NCBI GenBank assembly: GCA_037131145.1
Contig: JBAXRP010000002.1
Span: 1-63,957, forward strand
Reading direction: 5' to 3'
From: Bacteroidota bacterium
Lineage (GTDB): Bacteria; Bacteroidota; Bacteroidia; Bacteroidales; FEN-979
Length of the DNA stretch: 63,957 nt
Notes under the pieces: model-generated
The model's input: only the letters and a program-made list of their open reading frames with translations
Told to the model about the DNA's origin: nothing
The model's database searches: none
Shown here: positions 28,283 to 37,200 of the stretch, piece after piece
Numbering within the stretch: the stretch's first letter is position 1
How the letters are laid out: each line of letters opens with the position of its first letter
Made by a program: the position numbers and the translations under genes

Positions 28283-28332
28283 AGGTGAAAGGGGTAAAAA
28301 ATACGGTGAAATGAAGGAAATGTCAGGTGAAA
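28283..28332. repeat. three GGTGAAA words phased at 21 bp
   Basis: (A/C)GGTGAAA occurs at 28283, 28304 and 28325, with an exact 21-bp period, just downstream of the adaptor-gene stop. Confidence 0.7.
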
Positions 28333-28345
28333 AAATAGTCGCTAT

Positions 28346-29449
28346 TTATTTAGGTGCGGCTGACATGTTCATCTGCTGAACTTTGATCTTATCAGTGGCG
28401 GTTAAACCTGAAATAACTTCGATGTTGAGTCCATCTGAAAGTCCGGTTTTTATCAGCCTTTTTACAAATTTGCTCGGGGCTGTTTCCACTTCCACATAAG
28501 TTGAATCGCCTTCAAACAAAAGCAACGCCTCTTTAACGGCAAGAACCTTGTTCCTGTGATCGAGAACAATGTCTGCATTGGCGCTGTAACCGGCGCGGAT
28601 GAACTGCTTTTCTTTCAGTCTTACATCGGCTTTAATTTCAAACTGAACTGCGCCATTTTCGAGAATGCCTTTGGGTGAAATATATTTGAGCGTTGCGTGG
28701 AAAGTGTCATTATCAATAGCGCCGATTATAAGGAGAAGATCCATACCGGGCACAATTTTTCCGACTTCAGTTTCATCAACTTTTCCCTGAAAAATCATAT
28801 CGCCCACGTCGGCAACAGAAGCAATAGTTGTTCCTGCGTTGAAATTATTGGTTTCAATTACTGAACTGCCCACCTTTATTGGAACATCGAGCAACATGCC
28901 GTTTATAGTGGAACGAATCAGAGTATTTGTAGTCTTTCCCGATTTTTTATTCACGCCTTCCCTGATCAGTTCGAGGTTGGCTTCGGCAGCGTCAATCTCC
29001 TGCCGCGCATTTTTTAAAGCCATCTGTACCTGCTGATATTCAGAGGCTGCAATTACACCCTGATTAAACAATTTCTCCTGGCGGTCGAAATTCATCTTTG
29101 CATCTTCCTGACTTATTTTAGCTTTTTCCAAACGCGCTTCGGCATTGTTCAGATTGACCAGGTCGGGGATGATTCTGACGCGGGCAATGATATCGCCCTG
29201 ACGAACATTCTTCCCGGCTTCAACAAATACCTCTTCAACAATTCCCGAAACCTGTGGTTTAATCTCAATCTCTTTCCTTGGAATTACCGAGCCGGTTGCC
29301 ACCGTTTTTCTGATAATATTGGTGATTATTGGTTTTTCTGTTTGAAACACTACGGGTTTTTCCTGCGATTTCCGGTATAGATAAACTATAGTAAGCACGA
29401 ATACCGCAAGAATAATGATGAGAACAGTGATCTTGATGAATTTTTTCAT
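28346..29449 (-). CDS. efflux transporter periplasmic adaptor (HlyD/MacA family)
   Basis: 367 aa with an N-terminal TM anchor. Lipoyl-like segment (G.V..V.V..G..V..GD.IA), coiled-coil hairpin and a beta-barrel C-terminus. Confidence 0.88.
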   Translation of the reverse strand: MKKFIKITVLIIILAVFVLTIVYLYRKSQEKPVVFQTEKPIITNIIRKTVATGSVIPRKEIEIKPQVSGIVEEVFVEAGKNVRQGDIIARVRIIPDLVNLNNAEARLEKAKISQEDAKMNFDRQEKLFNQGVIAASEYQQVQMALKNARQEIDAAEANLELIREGVNKKSGKTTNTLIRSTINGMLLDVPIKVGSSVIETNNFNAGTTIASVADVGDMIFQGKVDETEVGKIVPGMDLLLIIGAIDNDTFHATLKYISPKGILENGAVQFEIKADVRLKEKQFIRAGYSANADIVLDHRNKVLAVKEALLLFEGDSTYVEVETAPSKFVKRLIKTGLSDGLNIEVISGLTATDKIKVQQMNMSAAPK

Positions 29450-29478
29450 GGAAGTATTATATTATTACTGAGTGTTTA

Positions 29479-30741
29479 CTATTCATATCGCAGCGCATCA
29501 ATAGGTTTCACTGAAACTGCCCTACGGGCGGGAATCATCCCTGCGAGCGCCCCGCAAACAACAAGAATCGAAAGAGCTGTAACGGCAACCGAAAAATCAA
29601 TTCCCGGATGTAGAAACATTTCAGTATTGGGACCAGAAGCCCCGAGCGCGTAACTGATCAATTCGAGCAATCCAACTCCCACCACCAAACCGAAATAGCC
29701 TGCAAAGGTTGTAAGAAAAACCGCTTCAGTTATGATTTGCGAAATAATATTATATGGAGTAGCTCCCAATGCACGTTGAATTCCAATCTCCTTTGTCCGT
29801 TCCTTAACTACCACGAGCATGATATTGCTTACCCCGATAACGCCTGCCAGCAACGTTCCTGTTCCAACAATCCACACAAGCAGTCGGATACCGAAAAACA
29901 GACCCTGCATCTTGTCATACTCTTTTTTCAGGTTAAAATGACCCACTGCCGATTCATCTTCAGGGGAAATCGAATGGCGTTGCTTTAACAGTCTGATAGC
30001 TTTATCTTCGACAACCGAAACTGGAATTCCATCCCTCGCAGTTACCGAAAAAAAACCAACGGCATTTCCGTAATTGTAGGTTTGCTGCAGAGTAGTAAAC
30101 GGAAGATAAATATTCTGGTTTTCCTGGCTTGCCTGTTCGCCGGTTCTTTTGGATGTAAAAACTCCGATCACCTTAAAATGAACACCCTGAATCTGGATGT
30201 ACTGCCCCATTGGATTTTCATCCTTTTTGAATAGAATTTCAACAACCCGCGCCCCAACAACAGCTACTTTTCGTTTTTCTTTGATATCCATTTCATTTAT
30301 AAATCTTCCATGTATGAAATTCAGCGGATCAATCATATTAAAAGCCGGGTAATCACCCATGATATTGAAAATGCCCGATTTTAATCCCCTGATTACATTG
30401 TTGGTTTGCATAAACCCGCCTGCCTGGATACGAGGAGCGAGGTACTTGATTTCCGGGATTGAATTTTGCATCGCAGTGGCGTCTCCATTTTCGAAATTGT
30501 AATTTCGTCCGCGCGGAAATCCTTTGTAGGGAACCGTTGTTTGCTGAGTCCAGATGAAAACGCTATTAGTTGCCATATCTCCAAAATTCTGCGTTACCCC
30601 GTTCTGTAGTCCGTTGCCTGAACCAAGCATTACAACCAGCATGAAAATACCCCAGAAAACTCCGAATGCGGTTAAAAACGTTCTAAGTTTATTCTTCCTC
30701 AGAACGTGATAAATTTCCTGCCAGCGATCAAGGTCAAACAT
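29479..30741 (-). CDS. ABC transporter permease, MacB/FtsX family
   Basis: ~420 aa with MacB_PCD-like periplasmic domain and C-terminal FtsX 4-TM module (ERTKEIGIQRALGA). The ATG is at 30741; the track start at 30744 is TTG. Confidence 0.9.
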   Translation of the reverse strand: MFDLDRWQEIYHVLRKNKLRTFLTAFGVFWGIFMLVVMLGSGNGLQNGVTQNFGDMATNSVFIWTQQTTVPYKGFPRGRNYNFENGDATAMQNSIPEIKYLAPRIQAGGFMQTNNVIRGLKSGIFNIMGDYPAFNMIDPLNFIHGRFINEMDIKEKRKVAVVGARVVEILFKKDENPMGQYIQIQGVHFKVIGVFTSKRTGEQASQENQNIYLPFTTLQQTYNYGNAVGFFSVTARDGIPVSVVEDKAIRLLKQRHSISPEDESAVGHFNLKKEYDKMQGLFFGIRLLVWIVGTGTLLAGVIGVSNIMLVVVKERTKEIGIQRALGATPYNIISQIITEAVFLTTFAGYFGLVVGVGLLELISYALGASGPNTEMFLHPGIDFSVAVTALSILVVCGALAGMIPARRAVSVKPIDALRYE

Positions 30742-30750
30742 CAAAAAAGT

Positions 30751-30778
30751 GTTAAGGGTTAAGGGTTAAGGGTTAAGG
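30751..30778. repeat. perfect tandem heptamer (GTTAAGG)x4
   Basis: Four exact units fill the 40-bp spacer between the two FtsX permease genes. On the coding strand they read (CCTTAAC)x4, ending 9 nt before the ATG. Confidence 0.95.
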
Positions 30779-30781
30779 GGG

Positions 30782-32020
30782 TTATTCGTCTCTTAAAGCT
30801 TCTACTGGTTTTACGCGGGCTGCATGCATTGCAGGGAAAAAACCTGCAATAGCTCCTGCAACAATAAGCAAAATTGTTGCTGAAATGGCGATTGAAAAAT
30901 CAGCTTCAGGGTTTCGGAAAAATTCCGAAGCCGGCATATTCCTTGAAATCAGTTCAAGGAGTCCGACTCCCAGAACCAATCCTATATATCCTGCAAATGA
31001 AGTAATGACAATAGCTTCCTGCATTATAAGAGCTATAATCGAGCCGGGGGTGGCGCCAAGCGATTTTCTGATGCCGATCTCCTTGGTACGCTCCCTTACC
31101 ACAATCATCATAATATTGCTGACACCCACAATTCCTGCAATTATGGTTCCGATTCCGATAATCCAGATAAACAGCCTTATCCCGGCAAAAAGAGCTTTAA
31201 ACTTTTTAACATCCTCGCTTTTATTCCAAACTTCAATTGCCTGCTTATCTTCAATATCAACAGTATGAAGCTTTGAAAGAATTTGTTTAGACTTCTGGAT
31301 CATCATTTTAGATTCGTCATCTGTAGCTTCGCCTGTTGTAAATGAGATTTGGTTGATAACATTTTCTCCCTGGAAAACCCTTTGTGCCGTGGAAATTGGA
31401 ATATAAACCCGCTTCTGTTCATTATCGTTGCGACTGTAATCCCTGAAAATTCCTACAACCTGAAAAAGTACTCCGCTAACCTTTATGTATTTCCCCAACG
31501 GAACGGTATCGCTTCCCTTGAATAAAGTTGATTTCACCTTTTCACCGATTACGGCAACCTTACGAAATTCAGTGATGTCGAGTTTGTTTAAAAACCTTCC
31601 CTGTATTATATCAATCTCTTTGATGAATCCGTAATCGGGGTGACATGGGGATAAAAAGAATGATCCATATTCATTTTTATAGGAAACAAGCCGGTTGCCA
31701 AGGAACAATCTCGCTGATATGCGATCATACCCGTCAACCGAAGTTTTTAGGGAGTTATAATCTTCGTTGGTAAACTTGATCTGTCGCCCGATTTTTAATC
31801 CTTTATACTTAATGCTTGTTTGTCCGCTGCTAATCCACACCCCGTTTATGGCTCCGCCTTTGAACTGTTCCTTTACTCCATTCTCAAGCCCGGCGCCCGA
31901 ACCAAGTAAGATAATGAGCATAAAAATTCCCCAGGCTACACTAAAGCCTGTAAGAAACGTCCGGAGCTTATTCTTCCTTATCGTGCTGTATATTTCCTGC
32001 CATTTATCTATTTCGAACAT
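30782..32020 (-). CDS. ABC transporter permease, MacB/FtsX family
   Basis: 412 aa, a paralogue of the downstream permease (ERTKEIGIRKSLGA, same topology). Confidence 0.9.
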   Translation of the reverse strand: MFEIDKWQEIYSTIRKNKLRTFLTGFSVAWGIFMLIILLGSGAGLENGVKEQFKGGAINGVWISSGQTSIKYKGLKIGRQIKFTNEDYNSLKTSVDGYDRISARLFLGNRLVSYKNEYGSFFLSPCHPDYGFIKEIDIIQGRFLNKLDITEFRKVAVIGEKVKSTLFKGSDTVPLGKYIKVSGVLFQVVGIFRDYSRNDNEQKRVYIPISTAQRVFQGENVINQISFTTGEATDDESKMMIQKSKQILSKLHTVDIEDKQAIEVWNKSEDVKKFKALFAGIRLFIWIIGIGTIIAGIVGVSNIMMIVVRERTKEIGIRKSLGATPGSIIALIMQEAIVITSFAGYIGLVLGVGLLELISRNMPASEFFRNPEADFSIAISATILLIVAGAIAGFFPAMHAARVKPVEALRDE

Positions 32021-32034
32021 GATAATATGGATAA

Positions 32035-32138
32035 TTCAAAATTGAGTCTTCTCCGGGCTTTCAAGGCTTGTTAAACCATCGCTCTCTCTCGTTTTTTCTT
32101 TGGGATTTGGAACCTGGAATTTGAGATTTGGAATTTTT
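32035..32138 (+). repeat. MITE-like intergenic element, copy B (inside the ABC operon spacer)
   Basis: Core CTTTCAAGGCTT at 32058-32069. The right arm reads GGGATTTGGAACCTGGAATTTGAGATTTGGAATTT. The element fills most of the 154-bp gap between the ATPase and the first permease gene. Confidence 0.75.
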
Positions 32139-32174
32139 GAAATGCGCTTTTTTACTCCGTTTTTAGTTTTAACG

Positions 32175-32849
32175 TCAATTATCAATAATTTCCGTGATGA
32201 GCCCATCCGAGATGCGTATGGTTCGCTGTGTCCGTAAGGCGATGTCGTGTTCGTGCGTAACAATGATTACCGTGATGCCAGACTGGTTGACTTCATGCAA
32301 CAGGTCCATTACTTCGGAAGATGTAGTGGAGTCAAGCGCCCCGGTTGGCTCATCAGCCAATATTACTTTGGGTTTCCCAATCAGGGCGCGTGCAATGGCG
32401 ACACGTTGTTTTTGTCCACCGGATAATTCATTAGGCAGGTGGTGAGCCCAATCCTTCAACCCCATTTTTTCGAGGTATTCCATAGCAATCAGGTTACGTT
32501 TCTTTCGCGGAATACCCTGATAATACAGAGGTAAGGCAACATTTTCCATAGCATTCTTGAAGGAGACGAGGTTGAACGACTGAAAGACAAATCCAAGCAT
32601 CCGGTTACGCAATTGCGCCGCCTTTCTTTCAGTGAGCCGGTGTATCTTCAAACCGTCAAGTTTGTATTCGCCAGAATCATGCGTATCAAGAATCCCAAGG
32701 ATATTCAGCAAAGTTGATTTCCCTGATCCTGACGCGCCCATGATGGATATCATTTCGCCGGATTTGATATTAAGATCAATCCCTTTGAGCACATGGAGAC
32801 TGTTGTTTCCAGTGATATATGATTTATGCAGTTCTTTAAGGCTGATCAT
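32175..32849 (-). CDS. ABC transporter ATP-binding protein (MacB/LolD-like)
   Basis: 224 aa. Walker A GASGSGKST, signature LSGGQKQR, Walker B ILADEPTGALD. Confidence 0.95.
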   Translation of the reverse strand: MISLKELHKSYITGNNSLHVLKGIDLNIKSGEMISIMGASGSGKSTLLNILGILDTHDSGEYKLDGLKIHRLTERKAAQLRNRMLGFVFQSFNLVSFKNAMENVALPLYYQGIPRKKRNLIAMEYLEKMGLKDWAHHLPNELSGGQKQRVAIARALIGKPKVILADEPTGALDSTTSSEVMDLLHEVNQSGITVIIVTHEHDIALRTQRTIRISDGLITEIIDN

Positions 32850-32959
32850 TGCAAATTTTTAACAAAAATGAGGATTGATTTTGAAACCGTATAAATTATT
32901 CGGCAAACACCCCTTGAAGTTCGCCAGAAGAACAAATTGCCGGGATATTACGTTAGTTT

Positions 32960-32992
32960 GTGGAAACAAAAACAACAGCCCCGGATGGGGCT
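32960..32992 (-). terminator. terminator-like hairpin downstream of porP/sprF
   Basis: AGCCCC-ATCC-GGGGCT hairpin (32977-32992) followed on the minus strand by GTTGTTTTTGTTTCC. Confidence 0.5.
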
Positions 32993-33077
32993 TAATTTGA
33001 TAACGATGAATATCGCCAAAAGCAAAGAAACAATGATTTAGTAAAAGCCATGAAGGGGCATATTCCATATAAACTAT

Positions 33078-33096
33078 ACTGCAAATTATTTGCAGT
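33078..33096. promoter_or_regulatory. perfect 19-bp palindrome ACTGCAAAT-T-ATTTGCAGT
   Basis: 9-bp arms around a single central base. It lies 42 nt downstream of the porP/sprF stop and about 230 nt upstream of the ABC ATPase start. Confidence 0.4.
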
Positions 33097-33137
33097 AATA
33101 AATAGCTCTCTACCTGACCAAAAGGGATAAGAGTTAA

Positions 33138-34229
33138 CTAAAATGTGGGGCATTCCATGGCTGCGCCGCCACGCCTACCGCCGGGCACATATCCACCACT
33201 GTTTCCTCCGAAAATTGACAATTTGTCAAGTTCAAGTATCAGGCTGATTTCGTGCGCTCCCCCGGTTCCCTGCAAAGCGCCAGAAACCTGTAAGTCGTAG
33301 CTGTACATGAATTTGATATTCATATCATCGTAAAAATTGTAACGATAGCCTGCCACAAGCGCAATAGCTGTGTTCACGGTGCCGGTCATGGTGGTTTTAT
33401 ACCAGGCGCCGAGATAAACATTATACTTCAGCAGGTTTAAACCTAACTGTAAAGAATTCAGGCTTGCCTGGTTTTGATAGATACCACCGATATTTAATTT
33501 CAATGGCTCATCGCTGGCGCGCATCATTGATGAAGAAGAGCTGCCGGCGCCTGTTGAAATTACAAGGTCAAACTGTCCTACATATTTTCTTGGATACTGC
33601 GATGAACCTGTTGAAAGAAAACTTACGTCTGGTTGAAAAATATGATCGACCGCAAAACCAACGTTTCCGTTGATGTTTCCTGCTGGATTCATGAATTGTA
33701 ACACGCCGCCCACGCCAAAATCGGGAACAGTTCTCTTGCTCTGATCTGGTGGAATAAATTGTGTTTGAAAAATATTGCCGTATTTGCTACTTAACTGATC
33801 AGTGAAAACAAGATCGCCCCAGTTAACCGTACGCTGCATAATTCCGGCTTTTATACCAACCTGGCTAACCATGAATTCGTTAATGGCTATGCGTACCCCG
33901 ATAGTCAATGACGCTCCGAAATTCTTGATTAATCCTGCGCCAGGAGTATCCTGATTGATCATCAACCCAATCCCACCTGATCCGGGAAGGTTGCGATCGC
34001 CAAGATCAGCCGAAAAGTAGTAGGATTTGAATGGGCTCGGTAAGCTTGGCCACTGATCCCTAAAAAGGAACCTGGCTCTCACGCCGCTGTTGATACCTGT
34101 AAATGCAGGGTTGTAATAGATCGGCGTACTGAAATACTGAGAGTAGTTCATGTCCTGACAATATGAACCAGACACAAACATGAACATACTCAGAACCAGA
34201 ATTATCTGATAGATATAGCGATTTTTCAT
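33138..34229 (-). CDS. PorP/SprF family T9SS membrane protein
   Basis: 363 aa with signal peptide. N-terminal QDMNYSQYFSTPIYYNPAFTG is the family hallmark. Starts 18 nt downstream of the type B CTD giant gene. Confidence 0.85.
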   Translation of the reverse strand: MKNRYIYQIILVLSMFMFVSGSYCQDMNYSQYFSTPIYYNPAFTGINSGVRARFLFRDQWPSLPSPFKSYYFSADLGDRNLPGSGGIGLMINQDTPGAGLIKNFGASLTIGVRIAINEFMVSQVGIKAGIMQRTVNWGDLVFTDQLSSKYGNIFQTQFIPPDQSKRTVPDFGVGGVLQFMNPAGNINGNVGFAVDHIFQPDVSFLSTGSSQYPRKYVGQFDLVISTGAGSSSSSMMRASDEPLKLNIGGIYQNQASLNSLQLGLNLLKYNVYLGAWYKTTMTGTVNTAIALVAGYRYNFYDDMNIKFMYSYDLQVSGALQGTGGAHEISLILELDKLSIFGGNSGGYVPGGRRGGAAMECPTF

Positions 34230-34247
34230 CGGGAAATTTATTTATAA

Positions 34248-37200
34248 TTAACGGATTAATGAAACATTACCCTTAGTTGTTCCTGAAGCTCCCACACCTA
34301 AATCAGAACCGTTCCACGGTGAGCCATCAATAAATAAAGCGCTGATCTTCCAAACATAATTTCCCTGGGGCATGAGTTGACCATTAAAGGTTCCATCCCA
34401 TCCTTCGCTTGGAATACCATCTGTCAGTTTTGTTGATTCCCACATCAAATGCCCCCAAATATCAAATACCATCACATGATATTGGGTCAGATTCCGTCCA
34501 ACGGGTTGGAATAACCGGACACCCAGACTGGTGCTTGTCGGGGCAAAAGCATTGGGAACGTACAAGCCTTTGAACAGGAGTTTATATTCATAAATAGTAG
34601 TATCGGAACACTCATATTGATTTTGCGAAATAAGTTTGATCCTATATGTGTCGTCTTCAGTGAATGTTGCCACAGGATTCACCTCGCTGGAATTTTTGCC
34701 ATTACCGAAATCCCAGAAATATGTCTCAGCCCCAGTCGAAAGGTTATTAAGTTTAATCTGCCCTTGCTTTCCGTTATAATCATTAATCATTGTAAATGCC
34801 GAGACTGGAGTAATGTTCACAACGATTGTGGAGTCAACTGTGTCAATACATCCGAAATTGTCTTTCACTATAAGGCGAACGATGTCACTTCCTATTGCAG
34901 TATAGGTATGATATGGATTCTGCTTGGTTGAAAGGTTATTGCTCCCGGATGTAGGATCGCCAAAGAACCAATGCCAGAAACCGAGCGTAGTATCAGAAGG
35001 GTTTGATTTATCGGTAAAAAAGGTTGGATCGCCGGTACAGGCTGCCGTTGTATTATAATGAGCTACGGGCAAACCATTTACCCTTGTTGGCTTAGTTAAA
35101 GAGTCTTTACATCCAAACCTGTTGTTAACTACTAGTTTGACATTATAAATACCTGCGGTGTCATATTTGTGTGGCGGATTTTTCAGACTTGAGACATCAG
35201 TGGGAGATGCGCTGAAATTCCAATTCCAATTAGTATTGTTTTCGCCAAAGGTTGTGGAAGTATCTCTGAAAAGGGTAATCTCGTTGAGACAAACCGGGAC
35301 ATTTGCAAAATGGGTTTCTGGCGTCGGATTTATAGTAACAGAACCAGCCATGTTGTCAATAATGGTAGAACCGTTAACCACCGCCTGTATCTCTAAAATT
35401 ACAGGATATGTTCCGCTGTTGGCAAAAGTGTGATAAATGGGCGAACTATGCGTTGAATAGGTTGTATCAGGCGTACCATCTCCCCAGCTCCATTTCCACT
35501 GATTGATCCTTGTAACCGGCAGCGAACTGTCGGAAAATGCGATCCGGTAGCGGGCGCAGAGAGTATCGGCATAAGTAAATCCTGCTTTAATGCACGGGAA
35601 TCGCTGAACGTTCTGTGTGATGCTGTCAATGCATCCATATTGGGAGGTCATTATCAGGGTTACAGAGCGAATGCCGGCATAATTGTATAGATGCGAAGTA
35701 TCGCCCGGACCCGGGGCATTGATGATTGTAGAAGCTGTTGAATCGCCCCATTTCCACTCCCAGGTGGCAATTGTTCCGCTACCAATAATTTGTGTTGAAT
35801 CGGTAAAATGAATTGAACTATCACAAGGCGTTGAAATGTAGGTAAACAAAGGTTGCGGCGGCGCATAAACCGTTACTTCACGGAATACGCTATCAACACA
35901 GTTATCCGAATTATATGCCCGCATTTTAACCACAAATGTGCCTGGTCGTGAGAAAGTATGCGTAGGACTGTACAATGTTGAACTGTTATTGACTCCAGGA
36001 TCGCCAAAATTCCATGCCACTGAATATAAAGTATCTCCGGGGGTATTATTAACAGGAGTGAATTTCGTCGGATACCCAAAACATTTTGTATCGTTGGTAA
36101 AGGAAAAAGCGAAAGCCGGTTTAATAAATACTGTAGTATCTCTAATCGTATCCTTACAGCCATAAGTATCGGTGACAATCAGCGTAACTGTATCATAAAC
36201 ATTATAAACTGGAAATGTATGCGATGGGTTGCTTACGTTAGAGGTGTATCCCGGTTCAAATGTCCAGAGTCGTTCAGCAATTGTTCCTCCGGTAGCTGTT
36301 GACACATCCTGAAAATCCACTTTTCCTTTCGGGCAAAAATAACTTGTATAGGTGAAATTTGCAACAGGCGTTGGACGGGAAATAACCGGAATAATCACCG
36401 AATCAAGACAATTAGCAAGGTTCCTTACAACAAGTTTCACCATAAAGGTTCCAGCGGTTAAGTAAATGTGAGTAGGATTCTGGATTGTAACATCCGGCGT
36501 TCCGTCGCCAAAGTTCCACGTCCAGTTTTTTATACTGCTTCCCGGAGCTGTTGACACATCGGTAAACTGGGTTGGGCTATTCACACAAACAGCAGAATAC
36601 TCGAACATCGCATTTGGTTTGGGATTCACAGTTATCTGCTTTGAAGTATCCTTTACGCACTGGTTTGAATTTGTAACCTCAAGATGGACTGTAAAGACGC
36701 CTTGTGTATTATAGATATGCGTAGGATCTTCTAAAGTTGACGTATTATTTGTACCGCTTCCGGGATCGCCAAAGTTCCAGTTCCAGGTCATAATTGTGCC
36801 GGAAGCAGTTGTTGAAGAGTCTGTAAACTGGGTGGGACTCGACATACAAGCAGTGTCGAAGATAAAGTCTGCAGTAGGAGCAGCATTGATTAATACGGTG
36901 TATTTAATTGTGTCAACACAACCGTTGGCATTTGTAGCGATCAGTCTAACGGTATCTGTTCCCTCGACGGTAAACAAGTGATTAGGGTTCTGAGCTGTTG
37001 CAGTATTATTTGTTCCTGATCCAGGATCCCCAAAGTTCCAGCTCCAGGCTGTAATTGCGGCTCCACCGTTGACCTGCGTAAGATCAGTAAACTGAACAAG
37101 TGACAAAGCGCATGGAATATTCGGTGTAAAGCTAAAGTTGGCAAGCGGCTTGAATCCAATCTGCACAAGGTTTGTTTTAAACGCTTCACAACTATCCGAC

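Noticed and set aside
30751-30778. Heptamer or octamer arrays (also 51726-51781 and 63904-63957) as CRISPR arrays
   Set aside because: The units are only 7-8 bp and directly abut each other with no spacers, so these are microsatellite-type tandem repeats rather than CRISPR.
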